Of a DNA stretch of 64,000 bases, positions 1 to 9,195 are shown piece by piece. Numbering within the stretch: position 1 is the first letter of the stretch; each line of letters starts with the position of its first letter. Source of the DNA: Syntrophorhabdaceae bacterium (GTDB lineage: Bacteria > Desulfobacterota > Syntrophorhabdia > Syntrophorhabdales > Syntrophorhabdaceae). The stretch lies in NCBI GenBank assembly GCA_963666485.2, contig CAXXUO010000009.1:160001-224000 (forward strand), read 5' to 3'. A program made the position numbers and the translations under genes. The notes beneath the pieces were generated by a model. It made no database searches. It had not been told where the DNA came from and saw nothing but the letters and a program-made list of their open reading frames with translations.

Positions 1-705
1 GCCCGCCCCGATACCCTGGATCTTGTGAGGCCCGGGCTTTAATTCCTCACCATTCCTGGTCTGGGTCAAAATGGGAGAATGTATCGGCTCGACTGCAACA
101 GACATGATCTTTTTGCCCCTGGTCAGCTTAAAATACCTGCTGACCCCTGTAATCGTTCCGCCGGTCCCCACGCCGGAAACGAAAGTGTCCATATCCCCGT
201 CCGTGTCGTTCCACAGTTCAACGGCGGTTGTCGCCTCATGAATGGCCGGGTTTGCGGGGTTCTCGAACTGCTGGGGAAGAAAATAGCGCGACGGGTCGCT
301 CTTCGCGATCTCTTCGGCCTTTGCAACAGCCCCCTTCATGCCTTTCGCACCCTCAGTAAGGATGATATTGGCACCGAGGACCCTCAACACCTTGCGCCTC
401 TCAAGCGACATAGTCTCCGGCATCGTCAGGGTAACCTTATAGCCCCGCGCTGCACCCACGAATGCGAGGGCGATCCCCGTATTACCCGATGTCGGCTCGA
501 TTATCTCCATGCCCGGTTTCAACCTTCCGCTCTTTTCCGCATCCCACACCATGGCTGCGCCTATCCTGCATTTCACGGAATAGGAAGGATTTCTCCCTTC
601 CACCTTGGCGAGGACAACAGCCCTTGCATTGCCGACAACTTTATTCAGCCTGACAAGCGGTGTCCTGCCAATCGAAAACGAATTATCGTCAAATATATTT
701 CCCAT
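1..705 (-). CDS. cysK: Cysteine synthase A (O-acetylserine sulfhydrylase), 3' end runs off the window
   Basis: Not in the ORF track; read manually from ATG 705: [22 protein letters not shown]...[16 protein letters not shown] (PLP lysine)...[10 protein letters not shown]...[26 protein letters not shown] upstream. Confidence 0.96.
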   Translation of the reverse strand, partial: MGNIFDDNSFSIGRTPLVRLNKVVGNARAVVLAKVEGRNPSYSVKCRIGAAMVWDAEKSGRLKPGMEIIEPTSGNTGIALAFVGAARGYKVTLTMPETMSLERRKVLRVLGANIILTEGAKGMKGAVAKAEEIAKSDPSRYFLPQQFENPANPAIHEATTAVELWNDTDGDMDTFVSGVGTGGTITGVSRYFKLTRGKKIMSVAVEPIHSPILTQTRNGEELKPGPHKIQGIGAG

Positions 706-770
706 AACACTCCCTCCTTCAAGGCCCTTGCCCGGGAATCGTTTTGAATTCCTACCTAAATGATAGGATT

Positions 771-799
771 AGTATAAAAAAGACTTCTGCCGATGTCAA
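771..799 (-). promoter_or_regulatory. sigma70-type promoter for cysK
   Basis: Minus strand TTGACA (799-794), 17 nt, TATACT (776-771). Confidence 0.7.
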
Positions 800-811
800 T
801 AACATAATACA

Positions 812-960
812 GGCAATGGGCGATAGGCTATGGGCAATGGGGAAGCGGCAATGAACCCGAGTCCATCCTATCGCCTATCGCCCATTGCCTATCGCCCATC
901 GCCTATCGCCCATCGCCTATCGCCCATCGCCTATCGCCCATTGCCTATCGCCTATCGCCC
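812..960. repeat. Inverted heptamer-array cassette, family A (GGCGATA/GGCAATG ... CCTATCG/CCCATCG)
   Basis: Left arm 6 in-phase units 812-853 (one degenerate); right arm 13 units 867-957; lies between divergent genes. Confidence 0.95.
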
Positions 961-979
961 AATTCCCTGTATTATTCAT

Positions 980-1008
980 TTGACCCGACCGCTCATTAGT
1001 GATAGTTT
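980..1008 (+). promoter_or_regulatory. sigma70-type promoter for the DUF3617-ilvE unit
   Basis: TTGACC (980-985), 17 nt, TAGTTT (1003-1008) with extended -10 TG. Confidence 0.5.
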
Positions 1009-1050
1009 TTTTTACCGGCAAATCTCAGCGACAACTTTGGAGGAGGATGT

Positions 1051-1497
1051 ATGAAGGCAACTATCTTTGCAGTTTTGGCTATGGTTCTTGCCCTGGCATG
1101 GTGCGGGGGAACGCAGGCCGCGGACCTCAATATGAAAGATGGCCTGTGGGAGATCACGACGAAGACGGAGATAAAAGGGATGCCGGGAAATGTCCCGCCT
1201 ACAAAGATGAAGCAGTGCATGACACAAAAGGATAATGTCCCGCAGCAGCAACCGGGTGAGAAGGGCAAGAACCCGAACTGCAAGATGACGGAGAACAAGG
1301 TCAGCGGCAATACGGTAACATGGACCATGGTCTGCAATGAAAAGGACGGGACTATGGAAAACAAGGGCCAGACGACTTACAAGGGCGACACATTTGACGG
1401 GACGTCGGTCCTGACGATGAAAGATAAAAGCGGGAAGACCCAGCAGATCACGAGCAAAATGAGCGGCAAACGCCTTGGGCCCTGCGACAAGAAATAA
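1051..1497 (+). CDS. Secreted DUF3617-family protein
   Basis: Signal peptide, MKDGLWEITTKTE N-terminal motif, paired Cys, C-terminal GKRLGPC; GGAGGAGG SD. Confidence 0.8.
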   Translation: MKATIFAVLAMVLALAWCGGTQAADLNMKDGLWEITTKTEIKGMPGNVPPTKMKQCMTQKDNVPQQQPGEKGKNPNCKMTENKVSGNTVTWTMVCNEKDGTMENKGQTTYKGDTFDGTSVLTMKDKSGKTQQITSKMSGKRLGPCDKK

Positions 1498-2579
1498 TGC
1501 CCGAATCGAGGACCACTGTGAAGATCAAAACGAAGCTCAGCAAGAAAACCAGGATACACGAGGTCGACTTCGACAACCTTGAATTCGGGGTCGATTTCTC
1601 CGACCATATGTACTATGTCGATTATAGCGACGGCGCGTGGAAAGAGCCCCGCATTGAGCCGTACGGGCCGATGAAGATGTACCCGGCGCTCTCGACGCTG
1701 CATTACGGGCAGGCCGTCTTCGAAGGCCTCAAGGCATTCCTCGGGATCGACGGGAAGATACGCCTGTTCCGTGCCGACAAGAACCATGAACGGTACAACA
1801 TGTCCTGCGAGCGCATGTGCATCCCGACCTTATCCTGGGAGTTGTGGTTCGAGGGCATGAAAAAACTGATAGAAATAGACAAGGAGTGGATACCGAAGAA
1901 GCGCGGGTGTTCCCTGTATATCAGGCCCTTTATATTCGCGACCGATAACTTTCTCGGCGTCAGGGTCTCCTATTCATACCGCTTCATGATCATAACATCG
2001 CCGGTCGGGGCCTACTACAAGGAAGGCTTGAACCCCGTGAAGCTCATTACGTCAGGGGAGTTCGTCCGCGCCGTCAAGGGAGGCCTCGGTGCCGTAAAGA
2101 CGCCCGCCAATTATGCAGCATCCCTGTATCCCGGTGAGGTCGCTAAGAAAAAAGGGTTTACGCAGGTCCTCTGGCTCGACGGGATCGAGAACCGCTGTAT
2201 CGAAGAGGTCGGGACAATGAACATCATGTTCGTCCTCGACGGCACGATCGTCACGCCTCCCCTCGAAGGATCGATCCTGCCGGGCGTTACCCGGAACTCC
2301 GTCATATCGCTCGCCAAGCACTGGGGGATCCCCGTCGAGGAGCGCAAGATCACGATCGACGAGGTCATGGCCGAGGCCAAGACCGGCCGTCTCCAGGAAG
2401 TGTTCGGCACCGGAACGGCAGCGGTTATCTCGCCTGTTGGCTGGATACAGCATGAGAATGACATGGTCACGATCCATAACGGCGAGATAGGGCCGCTATC
2501 ACAGAAACTGTACGATGAGATCACGGGGATGCAGTATGGTGAAAAGGCGGATCCGTTCGGGTGGTGTATAACGTTATAA
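1497..2579 (+). CDS. ilvE: Branched-chain amino acid aminotransferase
   Basis: LHYGQAVFEGLKA, LYIRPF, KTPANYA, EEVGTMN, ILPGVTR, GTGTAAVISP motifs. Confidence 0.95.
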   Translation: MPESRTTVKIKTKLSKKTRIHEVDFDNLEFGVDFSDHMYYVDYSDGAWKEPRIEPYGPMKMYPALSTLHYGQAVFEGLKAFLGIDGKIRLFRADKNHERYNMSCERMCIPTLSWELWFEGMKKLIEIDKEWIPKKRGCSLYIRPFIFATDNFLGVRVSYSYRFMIITSPVGAYYKEGLNPVKLITSGEFVRAVKGGLGAVKTPANYAASLYPGEVAKKKGFTQVLWLDGIENRCIEEVGTMNIMFVLDGTIVTPPLEGSILPGVTRNSVISLAKHWGIPVEERKITIDEVMAEAKTGRLQEVFGTGTAAVISPVGWIQHENDMVTIHNGEIGPLSQKLYDEITGMQYGEKADPFGWCITL

Positions 2580-2581
2580 AG

Positions 2582-2694
2582 ACGGCTAACGGCGTACGGC
2601 GTACGGCTAACGGTAAAAAACAAAAAAAAACCCTTCCGGTAATACTTCGGAAGGGTTTTTCCGTTAGCCGTTAGCCGTTAGCCGTTAGCCGTTC
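2582..2694. repeat. Inverted heptamer-array cassette, family B (ACGGCTA/ACGGCGT ... CCGTTAG)
   Basis: Left arm 2582-2616, right arm (CCGTTAG)4 2661-2688; contains the stop codon of the minus-strand gene. Confidence 0.95.
2626..2660. terminator. Bidirectional intrinsic terminator nested in the cassette spacer
   Basis: AAAAACCCTTCCG-9 nt loop-CGGAAGGGTTTTT between convergent genes. Confidence 0.8.
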
Positions 2695-3167
2695 TTAAAT
2701 TTCTTTTCCATTTCGGCCAGCTTCATGAAGTGCTTGCGCTCTTCTTCTATGATCTTGTCTATTTCGGCGTAGTGCTTCTTATCAATAAATTCTTTGGCCT
2801 CGTGATAATAGAGGATCGAATCGACCTCGCGGCTCATGGCAAAACGTATTGCGCTGAGGGTGTCGAGGTTCCCGGACATGGCTTGGTCTTTTTCCTTCTT
2901 CGTAAACACAACTTTACCGTCGATATGATCTCTCAGGTACGCCGCATACTCACCATGATAGCTTTCAGCGGGCGGGTTCACATCGATTCCCTTCAGCATT
3001 TCGGCAAAGACCGTTTTGTGCCTTGCCTCTTCGTCGGCCATGAGATTGAAGAAATCTCTCACCTCTTTCGTCTCGGCATTGAGTGCGGCCTTGTGATAGA
3101 ACATCTCACCATCTTCCTCGATGCGCATTGCAAATTGAAGAATATCACCGGTGTTAAAAATACTCAT
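2685..3167 (-). CDS. Rubrerythrin/ferritin-like diiron protein
   Basis: AMRIEEDG, ADEEARH, AMSREVDS, EEERKH motifs; ATG 3167 with AAGGAGG SD. Confidence 0.85.
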   Translation of the reverse strand: MSIFNTGDILQFAMRIEEDGEMFYHKAALNAETKEVRDFFNLMADEEARHKTVFAEMLKGIDVNPPAESYHGEYAAYLRDHIDGKVVFTKKEKDQAMSGNLDTLSAIRFAMSREVDSILYYHEAKEFIDKKHYAEIDKIIEEERKHFMKLAEMEKKFKNG

Positions 3168-3290
3168 AACGTCCTCCTTCAAGGGGTTTGCCTATCGTCA
3201 AGCCCGGCCGGCATGACACAAACTACTAAATAATAGTACCGGGCATTACAATTGGCAATGGGTTGTATGACAAGTTTCTTTCGGAACCCG

Positions 3291-4007
3291 TTATTTCTCT
3301 GCCGACCCCCATTTTTTCAGGGAAAAACCCGACAATGTCTCATAAACCACGTAGCTGCCGTACCGGGCGAGATCGCCTGTGTTGAAGTATTGTTTGACCG
3401 CGCCCGTCTCGCGGACCTCGAAACTGTCCGGTATGTGCGAATGCGCGAGTATGACGATATCGTACCCTTCGGAAAATTTTTGCCCGGCATATTTCCTGTA
3501 TATATCCCGGACCATTTCCTTATATTCCTTACGGCTCTTCGACAGGAAAGGCCGGCAAAGGGACGCTATGGTCCATGTCAGTGACGGCCCGAAGATGTCC
3601 ATGACGCGGTAGAAGAAGGGACGTTTGAGGACCCGGGCCAGGGAAAGGTGGGCAAACCCGTCGCCGTGGGCAATATAAACCTTTTTCCCCTCACATTCGA
3701 GCGTCAATTCCTGCCGGCATGCAATACCCGTATATTTCTCGTAGTAATCGCCCATCAGGAATTCATGGTTGCCCTCGAGAAAATAGACCTGCTTGCCTCT
3801 TTCGACAAGTTTTTTCAGGCCGTCGGTCACGCTACGGTACCAGGGATAGATAAACCCGTCATACCCGTGATAAAAATCGAAGAGGTCCCCGAGGACCACG
3901 ACCGTGTCCGCGTCCTCGCAGCAATCGGTAACGAACCGCAAGACGAGCGCGGTCTTGTCCACGCTGGAACGGGTTATGTGGACATCGGAAAAAAAAACGA
4001 TCTTCAT
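3291..4007 (-). CDS. lpxH: UDP-2,3-diacylglucosamine diphosphatase (LpxH-like metallophosphoesterase)
   Basis: SDVH, LGDLFD, GNHE, AHGD, AHSH motifs. Confidence 0.75.
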   Translation of the reverse strand: MKIVFFSDVHITRSSVDKTALVLRFVTDCCEDADTVVVLGDLFDFYHGYDGFIYPWYRSVTDGLKKLVERGKQVYFLEGNHEFLMGDYYEKYTGIACRQELTLECEGKKVYIAHGDGFAHLSLARVLKRPFFYRVMDIFGPSLTWTIASLCRPFLSKSRKEYKEMVRDIYRKYAGQKFSEGYDIVILAHSHIPDSFEVRETGAVKQYFNTGDLARYGSYVVYETLSGFSLKKWGSAEK

Positions 4008-4852
4008 GGGCTTAAGGGCCTTTCGGCCAGATAATCTTTCAGGGCATCCATCCAGTTGCGCATTTCAATACCCGTATCCCGGCGGAGCTTCCCGAGGTCG
4101 AAAACCGAGTATGCCGGCCTTCTCGCCTTCCTCGTAAGTTCATTGGATGATATCGGGACGATCTCCACGTCCATGCCGCGGATAGAAAAGATCGCCTTCG
4201 CAAGATCGTACCAGGTACATGACCCGCTATTGGATACGTGGTATATCCCCGCCAGGTTCTTCCTGATGATCGTTACAACCGGCATCGCAAGGTCCTTCGC
4301 ATACGTGGGCGAGCCGCACTGGTCGTTGACCACCTTGAGCCGTCCCTCGGTCTTTGCGATCTTCGTTACCTTGTCGATGAAGCTCGGGCCGCTGTGCCCG
4401 TAGAGCCATTCCGTTCGTATGACGGCGGCTGCTATGCCCCGTTCGGATATTTTCCGCTCACCGGCAAGTTTGGTGCGGCCATAGACGGACTCGGGGTTTG
4501 GCTCGTCATCTTCCCGGTACGGCGAGCCTTTCCTTCCGTCGAAAACATAATCTGTGCTGATATGGATAAGCCTGGTGTGATAGGCGTCGCAGAGGACGGC
4601 GAGTGTTGCCGGGCCTTTTGCGTTCGCTGCTTCGGCAAGCACTGCGTTATCCTCACAACCGTCGACGTCGGTCATCGCCGCCAGGTTTAAGAGGACATCG
4701 GGATGGTGAATGCCAAACATTTTTTTTCCGGCTGTTTCGGATGTGATGTCCCATTCATCGATATCATAGGAGACACATGCGAAATGTTCCCGGAGCACGG
4801 GCGTAATGCTTGTTCCCAATAAGCCTTTTCCGCCGGTTATGAGGACTTTCAT
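4004..4852 (-). CDS. rfbD: dTDP-4-dehydrorhamnose reductase
   Basis: MKVLITGGKGLLG, HISTDYVFDG, YGRTK, DQCGSPT; start trimmed to ATG 4852. Confidence 0.92.
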   Translation of the reverse strand: MKVLITGGKGLLGTSITPVLREHFACVSYDIDEWDITSETAGKKMFGIHHPDVLLNLAAMTDVDGCEDNAVLAEAANAKGPATLAVLCDAYHTRLIHISTDYVFDGRKGSPYREDDEPNPESVYGRTKLAGERKISERGIAAAVIRTEWLYGHSGPSFIDKVTKIAKTEGRLKVVNDQCGSPTYAKDLAMPVVTIIRKNLAGIYHVSNSGSCTWYDLAKAIFSIRGMDVEIVPISSNELTRKARRPAYSVFDLGKLRRDTGIEMRNWMDALKDYLAERPLSP

Positions 4853-5859
4853 CGGTTTCCGTACATTTTCTCGTAGTATGCGAGATACTCCCCGGTCTTG
4901 ATCCTTTCCCACCACTGCCTGTTGTTGACATACCACTCCACGGTCTCGCGCATACCCTGCGCAAAGTCGACGGACGGCCTGTAACCCAACTCGGAGGTGA
5001 TCTTCCCGGAGTCTATTGCATACCTGCGGTCATGCCCCGGCCTGTCTGTCACGTAGCGAATAAGGGATTCGGGCTTCCCCAGGACCGCGAGGACAAGCTT
5101 TACGATCTCTATGTTCGTCCTCTCATTGGACGCGCCGATATTGTAGACGTTTCCCGGCTGGCCATTATGCATGACGAGGTCGATCGCTGCGCAATGGTCC
5201 TTGACATGGATCCAGTCGCGCACGTTGAGGCCATCGCCGTATACGGGCAATTCCTTGTCTGCAAGGGCGTTCGTTATGATAAGCGGGATGAGCTTTTCGG
5301 GAAACTGGTACGGTCCGTAATTGTTCGAGCATCGCGTTATAACGACGGGCATCCCGAATGTCTTGAAGTATGCCATGGCGATGAGATCTGCCGAGGTCTT
5401 CGATGCGGAATAGGGGCTGTTCGGTGCAAGCGGGGTATCTTCCCGAAAAGCGCCGGTGCGACCGAGCGATCCGTAAACCTCGTCCGTCGATATCTGGATA
5501 AAGCGGCGCGTGTTGTGTTTTCGCGCCATCTCGAGGAGGTTGAACGTACCGTTGATGTTCGTCCTGATGAAGCTGTCGGGGTCCATGATGCTCCGGTCGA
5601 CGTGGGTCTCCGCCGCAAAGTTCACGATAACATCCACCGGTTTTGCAAAAATATTTTCAAGATCGGCTGCCGATGCGATATCTCCCCGGACGAAGGTATA
5701 CCTGTCGTCGCTTTCGCAATCCGCAAGGTTCTCGAGATTGCCCGCATACGTGAGCTTGTCGAAATTGATCAGAGTATAGTCGTATCTTTCGAGCATCCTG
5801 CGGACGAAGTTCGTGCCGATAAAGCCGCAGCCCCCTGTAACGAGAATCGTATCAGCCAT
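4849..5859 (-). CDS. rfbB: dTDP-glucose 4,6-dehydratase
   Basis: VTGGCGFIG, DKLTYAGN, FAAETHVDRSI, STDEVYG, YSASK, DRPGHDRRYAID; start trimmed to ATG 5859. Confidence 0.95.
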   Translation of the reverse strand: MADTILVTGGCGFIGTNFVRRMLERYDYTLINFDKLTYAGNLENLADCESDDRYTFVRGDIASAADLENIFAKPVDVIVNFAAETHVDRSIMDPDSFIRTNINGTFNLLEMARKHNTRRFIQISTDEVYGSLGRTGAFREDTPLAPNSPYSASKTSADLIAMAYFKTFGMPVVITRCSNNYGPYQFPEKLIPLIITNALADKELPVYGDGLNVRDWIHVKDHCAAIDLVMHNGQPGNVYNIGASNERTNIEIVKLVLAVLGKPESLIRYVTDRPGHDRRYAIDSGKITSELGYRPSVDFAQGMRETVEWYVNNRQWWERIKTGEYLAYYEKMYGNR

Positions 5860-6307
5860 CTTTCCTCTCCCAAGCGTATGGTATATCATTCGTGTGCGGG
5901 TCCACCCTGAACTCGTCGGGGTCCGAATAGTCGTACGGCATCGTCGGCGCATTGATTATCAACGCCTCGTCCTCGCTTATGCATTTCCATCCGTGGTATA
6001 CCATCCGCGGGACCTTGACGAGTTGCGGATTATGGTCGCCGATGTAGAAAACGTTGATCTCGCCCCGTGTGGCCGACCCCTCCCGGGCATCGTAGAGGAC
6101 CAGTTTTATCATCCCCTTGACACAGGTGATGTAGTCGTCCTGTTTTTTATGGTAATGCCAGGCCTTTACAACATGGGGATACGTCGTCGTCAGGTATACC
6201 TGGCCAAACCCGTTGAAGATGGCGTCGTCACTGCGGAGGATCTCCATCAACCGTCCCCTTTCGTCGGGGATAACCTTCAACTGTTTTACGGCAACGCTGT
6301 CTATCAT
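5852..6307 (-). CDS. rfbC: dTDP-4-dehydrorhamnose 3,5-epimerase family
   Basis: IPDERGRLME, VVKAWHYH cupin motifs; position in rml cluster; start trimmed to ATG 6307. Confidence 0.85.
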   Translation of the reverse strand: MIDSVAVKQLKVIPDERGRLMEILRSDDAIFNGFGQVYLTTTYPHVVKAWHYHKKQDDYITCVKGMIKLVLYDAREGSATRGEINVFYIGDHNPQLVKVPRMVYHGWKCISEDEALIINAPTMPYDYSDPDEFRVDPHTNDIPYAWERKDG

Positions 6308-6321
6308 ATCTTCACCCGCCC

Positions 6322-7050
6322 TTATCCGTTGTTTGCACCCGTCTGGGCGACGAGGACGCTCGCCCGGAGCAGGGATTCGAAGGTGCCCGCATCCGTCCAC
6401 CAGCCGTCAAGCATCTCCCAGGTCATTGTGCCGTCCCTGACATACGCGTTGTTGACATCAGTTATCTCGAGCTCGCCCCTTTCCGAAGGTTTCAGTGTTT
6501 TCACGATATCAAATACGCGGGCATCGTAGAGGTATATCCCGATGACCGCGAGGTTGCTCCGGGGATTTTTCGGTTTTTCCACGATGTTTATGAGCCTGTC
6601 GCCTTCGATCTCGGCAACCCCGAAACGTTCAGGATCGGGCACCTCTTTGAGCAGGATCTTGGCGCCGGCCTTCTGCTCGCTAAAATCACGCACGGCCTTG
6701 ATTATGTTGCGTTCTATAATATTATCTCCGAGAATAACGCAAACCGGTTCCCCGTCGGCGAAATACTCGGCAAGGGACAGGGCGTCGGCTATGCCCCCTT
6801 CGCCTTCCTGGTATGTATAATTAAGGTGCCTGAGTCCGAAATCCTTCCCGTTGCCCATGAGCCTTAAAAAATCTCCCGCGTGGTTCCCGCCGGTCACGAT
6901 GAGTATATCCGTTATCCCGGCCTTGATCAGCGCCTCGATCGGGTAGTAGATCATGGGTTTATCATATACAGGCAGAAGATGCTTGTTCGTTATGCGCGTA
7001 AGTGGTGCGAGCCGCGATCCCAAACCGCCGGCCAGAATTATACCTTTCAT
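6322..7050 (-). CDS. rfbA: Glucose-1-phosphate thymidylyltransferase (short form)
   Basis: GIILAGGLGSRL, KHLLPVYDKPMIYY, PSERGELEITD, WTDAGT. Confidence 0.88.
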   Translation of the reverse strand: MKGIILAGGLGSRLAPLTRITNKHLLPVYDKPMIYYPIEALIKAGITDILIVTGGNHAGDFLRLMGNGKDFGLRHLNYTYQEGEGGIADALSLAEYFADGEPVCVILGDNIIERNIIKAVRDFSEQKAGAKILLKEVPDPERFGVAEIEGDRLINIVEKPKNPRSNLAVIGIYLYDARVFDIVKTLKPSERGELEITDVNNAYVRDGTMTWEMLDGWWTDAGTFESLLRASVLVAQTGANNG

Positions 7051-7065
7051 GGTATTAACCTCCTG

Positions 7066-9195
7066 CTATTTTGACGTGATACCTGTAAGGTCGAACGAGA
7101 TCTTAAACGTGGTATCGTTCGGTCGTGTGGTCTGGGCAAGCCAAAACGTCGTCGACCAACACCCGGGCTTATATCTGAGCCAGTACCGGGTTTCAATGAA
7201 TTCCTGCTCAGTAAACTCATACCGCGCCTCGTATCCTCCCTCGAAGACTTTGTATTTTCCCATGACCGAAAGGGCGACCTGGTTCGATGTCCCGAAATAA
7301 ACAACGGTTCCCGATGTCGGGTCCGTGTATTGGCTGACGGTCTCACCCGTGTAGGGGTTCACGCCGTAGCCGTTTGAATAACTATGCGAAACCGCAATTC
7401 CCATTACGCCCGGGTATTGATACGATAATGAATGTCGCAAGAGTTTTGCGCCTTCGCCACTAACATTCCAGACGCCTTCGTGGCTAAAACCCAAATAGGT
7501 CAGGGGTTGTATCGTGAACCGGGTATCGATATTAGAGAAGCGCGAACCTGAACCCTTGTAGAGATCTGATGACTCGAGATTGCCTGAAATGCCGTATGTC
7601 TGAGATACTTCGAGAAGGGACACTTCGTTTTTCCCGCCGGCTTCAGTTTCTCCGTAAAAGTAATGATTGAAAGAATACGTTATGAGGTTCGTCTGGTTCA
7701 TCCGGTCATACGAGTCGATCTGGGGTACGTTCTTGTAGCCTGTCGTGGGAATGAACGTGTACCGCACCGCCGGTTTGATCACGCTGTGCATGGAATTCCA
7801 GGGCCCCCAACCGCCGAAATAGGTTCTCAAAAACTGCATGTTGAAATCGCCGTCAAGCCTGAACGTCTGGCGATGATTCGTATTCCCGTTCGATGTTTCA
7901 TCGGTGCGGTTGACAAGGTACCCGCTCTCGTACAAGGTTCCGCTAAAAAGAGTGTTGAGCCCCTTGTAGGAATAGGGAAGCCTGAGTGATGGATCTATGG
8001 TCATGCGTGTAAATGTCGCCCCCTTATCCCTGTAAAAATTGGTCAAAGAGCTGTTCAGGTCGACGTACATGCCCGTTCGGGGGATGGGGATATATTCGGT
8101 GAAGTATGTTATTTCCGGATAATACTGGAAAATCGTACTGTCATCTTGCATCAGCAGGTTGCGGAACTGACTGACCCCCCCTGTCAGCAGTGATTTCTTC
8201 AAGGGCTTCTCGAGGTACACGGTCGACTTGAGCTGGCTTTCAGCCCTCTCTGCCAGGGTCAGGCCGAAATCCTTGAGATAATCGTTGTCCGATACCTGCC
8301 ATATGTTCGCTTTGAATTTGAGGTCCTGGAAAAAGACCTGTTCATGGCTTATTTTATATTGATAGCGTGTGCCACCGTAATCGTCATCGCTGATAATACT
8401 GCCTTCCAATTGCCCCTTGAGATCTTCCCGGATAAAATACCGGTACTGGACGGTCGGCATATACCCGCGCATAGACATATACTCCACTGACATAGTCGCG
8501 TCGGTATCTTGCGATATCGCCCAGAAATAGGTAAGCTTGAACCGTGCCCCGTTAAAAGAGGAGAGTGCCATATCGGGCATAAGGAACCCTGATGACCTGT
8601 CCGTTTTTACGGGAAAAATGCCCCATGGGATATAAAAAACGGGAACGCCAAGGATGTGGAATGTCGTTGACCTGGTCTTTGCGTACCCCTGCACCGTGAT
8701 GTCTACATCATCTGAGGTAAAAGTCCATTCCGGTCTGTCCCAGCCGCATGTCGTGAATTTTCCCTTTTTGATCTTATACTGGGATTCCCCGGTTTTCTCT
8801 ATCTCCTGGCCATTGATGTAGACATTGCCTGTTTTGATAAAGACCCGGGCCTTTTCAAGGTCGCCTTTCTTCGTTTCCAGGTTGAGCTGCATGCGCTCGG
8901 CCTCTATCCGGTCGCCCATATCTTCGTAAATGACATTCCCTTGAGCAGTGACGTCCCTGGTGTTGTCGTCGAGAAACGCGTAATCGGCGTCAACCGTACG
9001 CGTCGCCTCCTTGATATGAACATTTCCGCGTGCCGTATAGGTGTTTGCCGCGCTGTCGTACTGGATCTCGTCGGCCGTGATCTCGATAGGCCCCTTGATC
9101 TCGTCCCTGCGAACACCGACCGTCTGCCCGTACACGAGGCAGGGGAAGACGGCCGCAAGTATCGCGATAAGGACAAAAAACCTAAAAGATGTCAT
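7066..9195 (-). CDS. lptD: LPS assembly outer-membrane protein LptD
   Basis: Signal peptide, OstA-like N-terminus (ITADEIQYD...ARGNV), FTTC, R-SGFLMPD, C-terminal GCWS barrel strands. Confidence 0.85.
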   Translation of the reverse strand: MTSFRFFVLIAILAAVFPCLVYGQTVGVRRDEIKGPIEITADEIQYDSAANTYTARGNVHIKEATRTVDADYAFLDDNTRDVTAQGNVIYEDMGDRIEAERMQLNLETKKGDLEKARVFIKTGNVYINGQEIEKTGESQYKIKKGKFTTCGWDRPEWTFTSDDVDITVQGYAKTRSTTFHILGVPVFYIPWGIFPVKTDRSSGFLMPDMALSSFNGARFKLTYFWAISQDTDATMSVEYMSMRGYMPTVQYRYFIREDLKGQLEGSIISDDDYGGTRYQYKISHEQVFFQDLKFKANIWQVSDNDYLKDFGLTLAERAESQLKSTVYLEKPLKKSLLTGGVSQFRNLLMQDDSTIFQYYPEITYFTEYIPIPRTGMYVDLNSSLTNFYRDKGATFTRMTIDPSLRLPYSYKGLNTLFSGTLYESGYLVNRTDETSNGNTNHRQTFRLDGDFNMQFLRTYFGGWGPWNSMHSVIKPAVRYTFIPTTGYKNVPQIDSYDRMNQTNLITYSFNHYFYGETEAGGKNEVSLLEVSQTYGISGNLESSDLYKGSGSRFSNIDTRFTIQPLTYLGFSHEGVWNVSGEGAKLLRHSLSYQYPGVMGIAVSHSYSNGYGVNPYTGETVSQYTDPTSGTVVYFGTSNQVALSVMGKYKVFEGGYEARYEFTEQEFIETRYWLRYKPGCWSTTFWLAQTTRPNDTTFKISFDLTGITSK

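Noticed and set aside
79..747. 222-aa plus-strand ORF
   Set aside because: Antisense shadow of cysK, which reads clearly on the minus strand.
830..1054. 74-aa ORF with PIAYRPSPIAHRL repeats (similar ORFs at 11709-12107 and those starting MNLEPF/MNHF)
   Set aside because: Translation of the heptamer arrays and antisense sequence; no SD or protein-like content.
2582..2694. Resemblance of GGCTAAC...GTTAGCC to integron attC core sites, with the stop codon in the left site
   Set aside because: Only family B fits. Families C and D have GTT on the opposite arm, flanking genes are housekeeping and convergent, and there is no integrase or L-box/extrahelical-base pattern.
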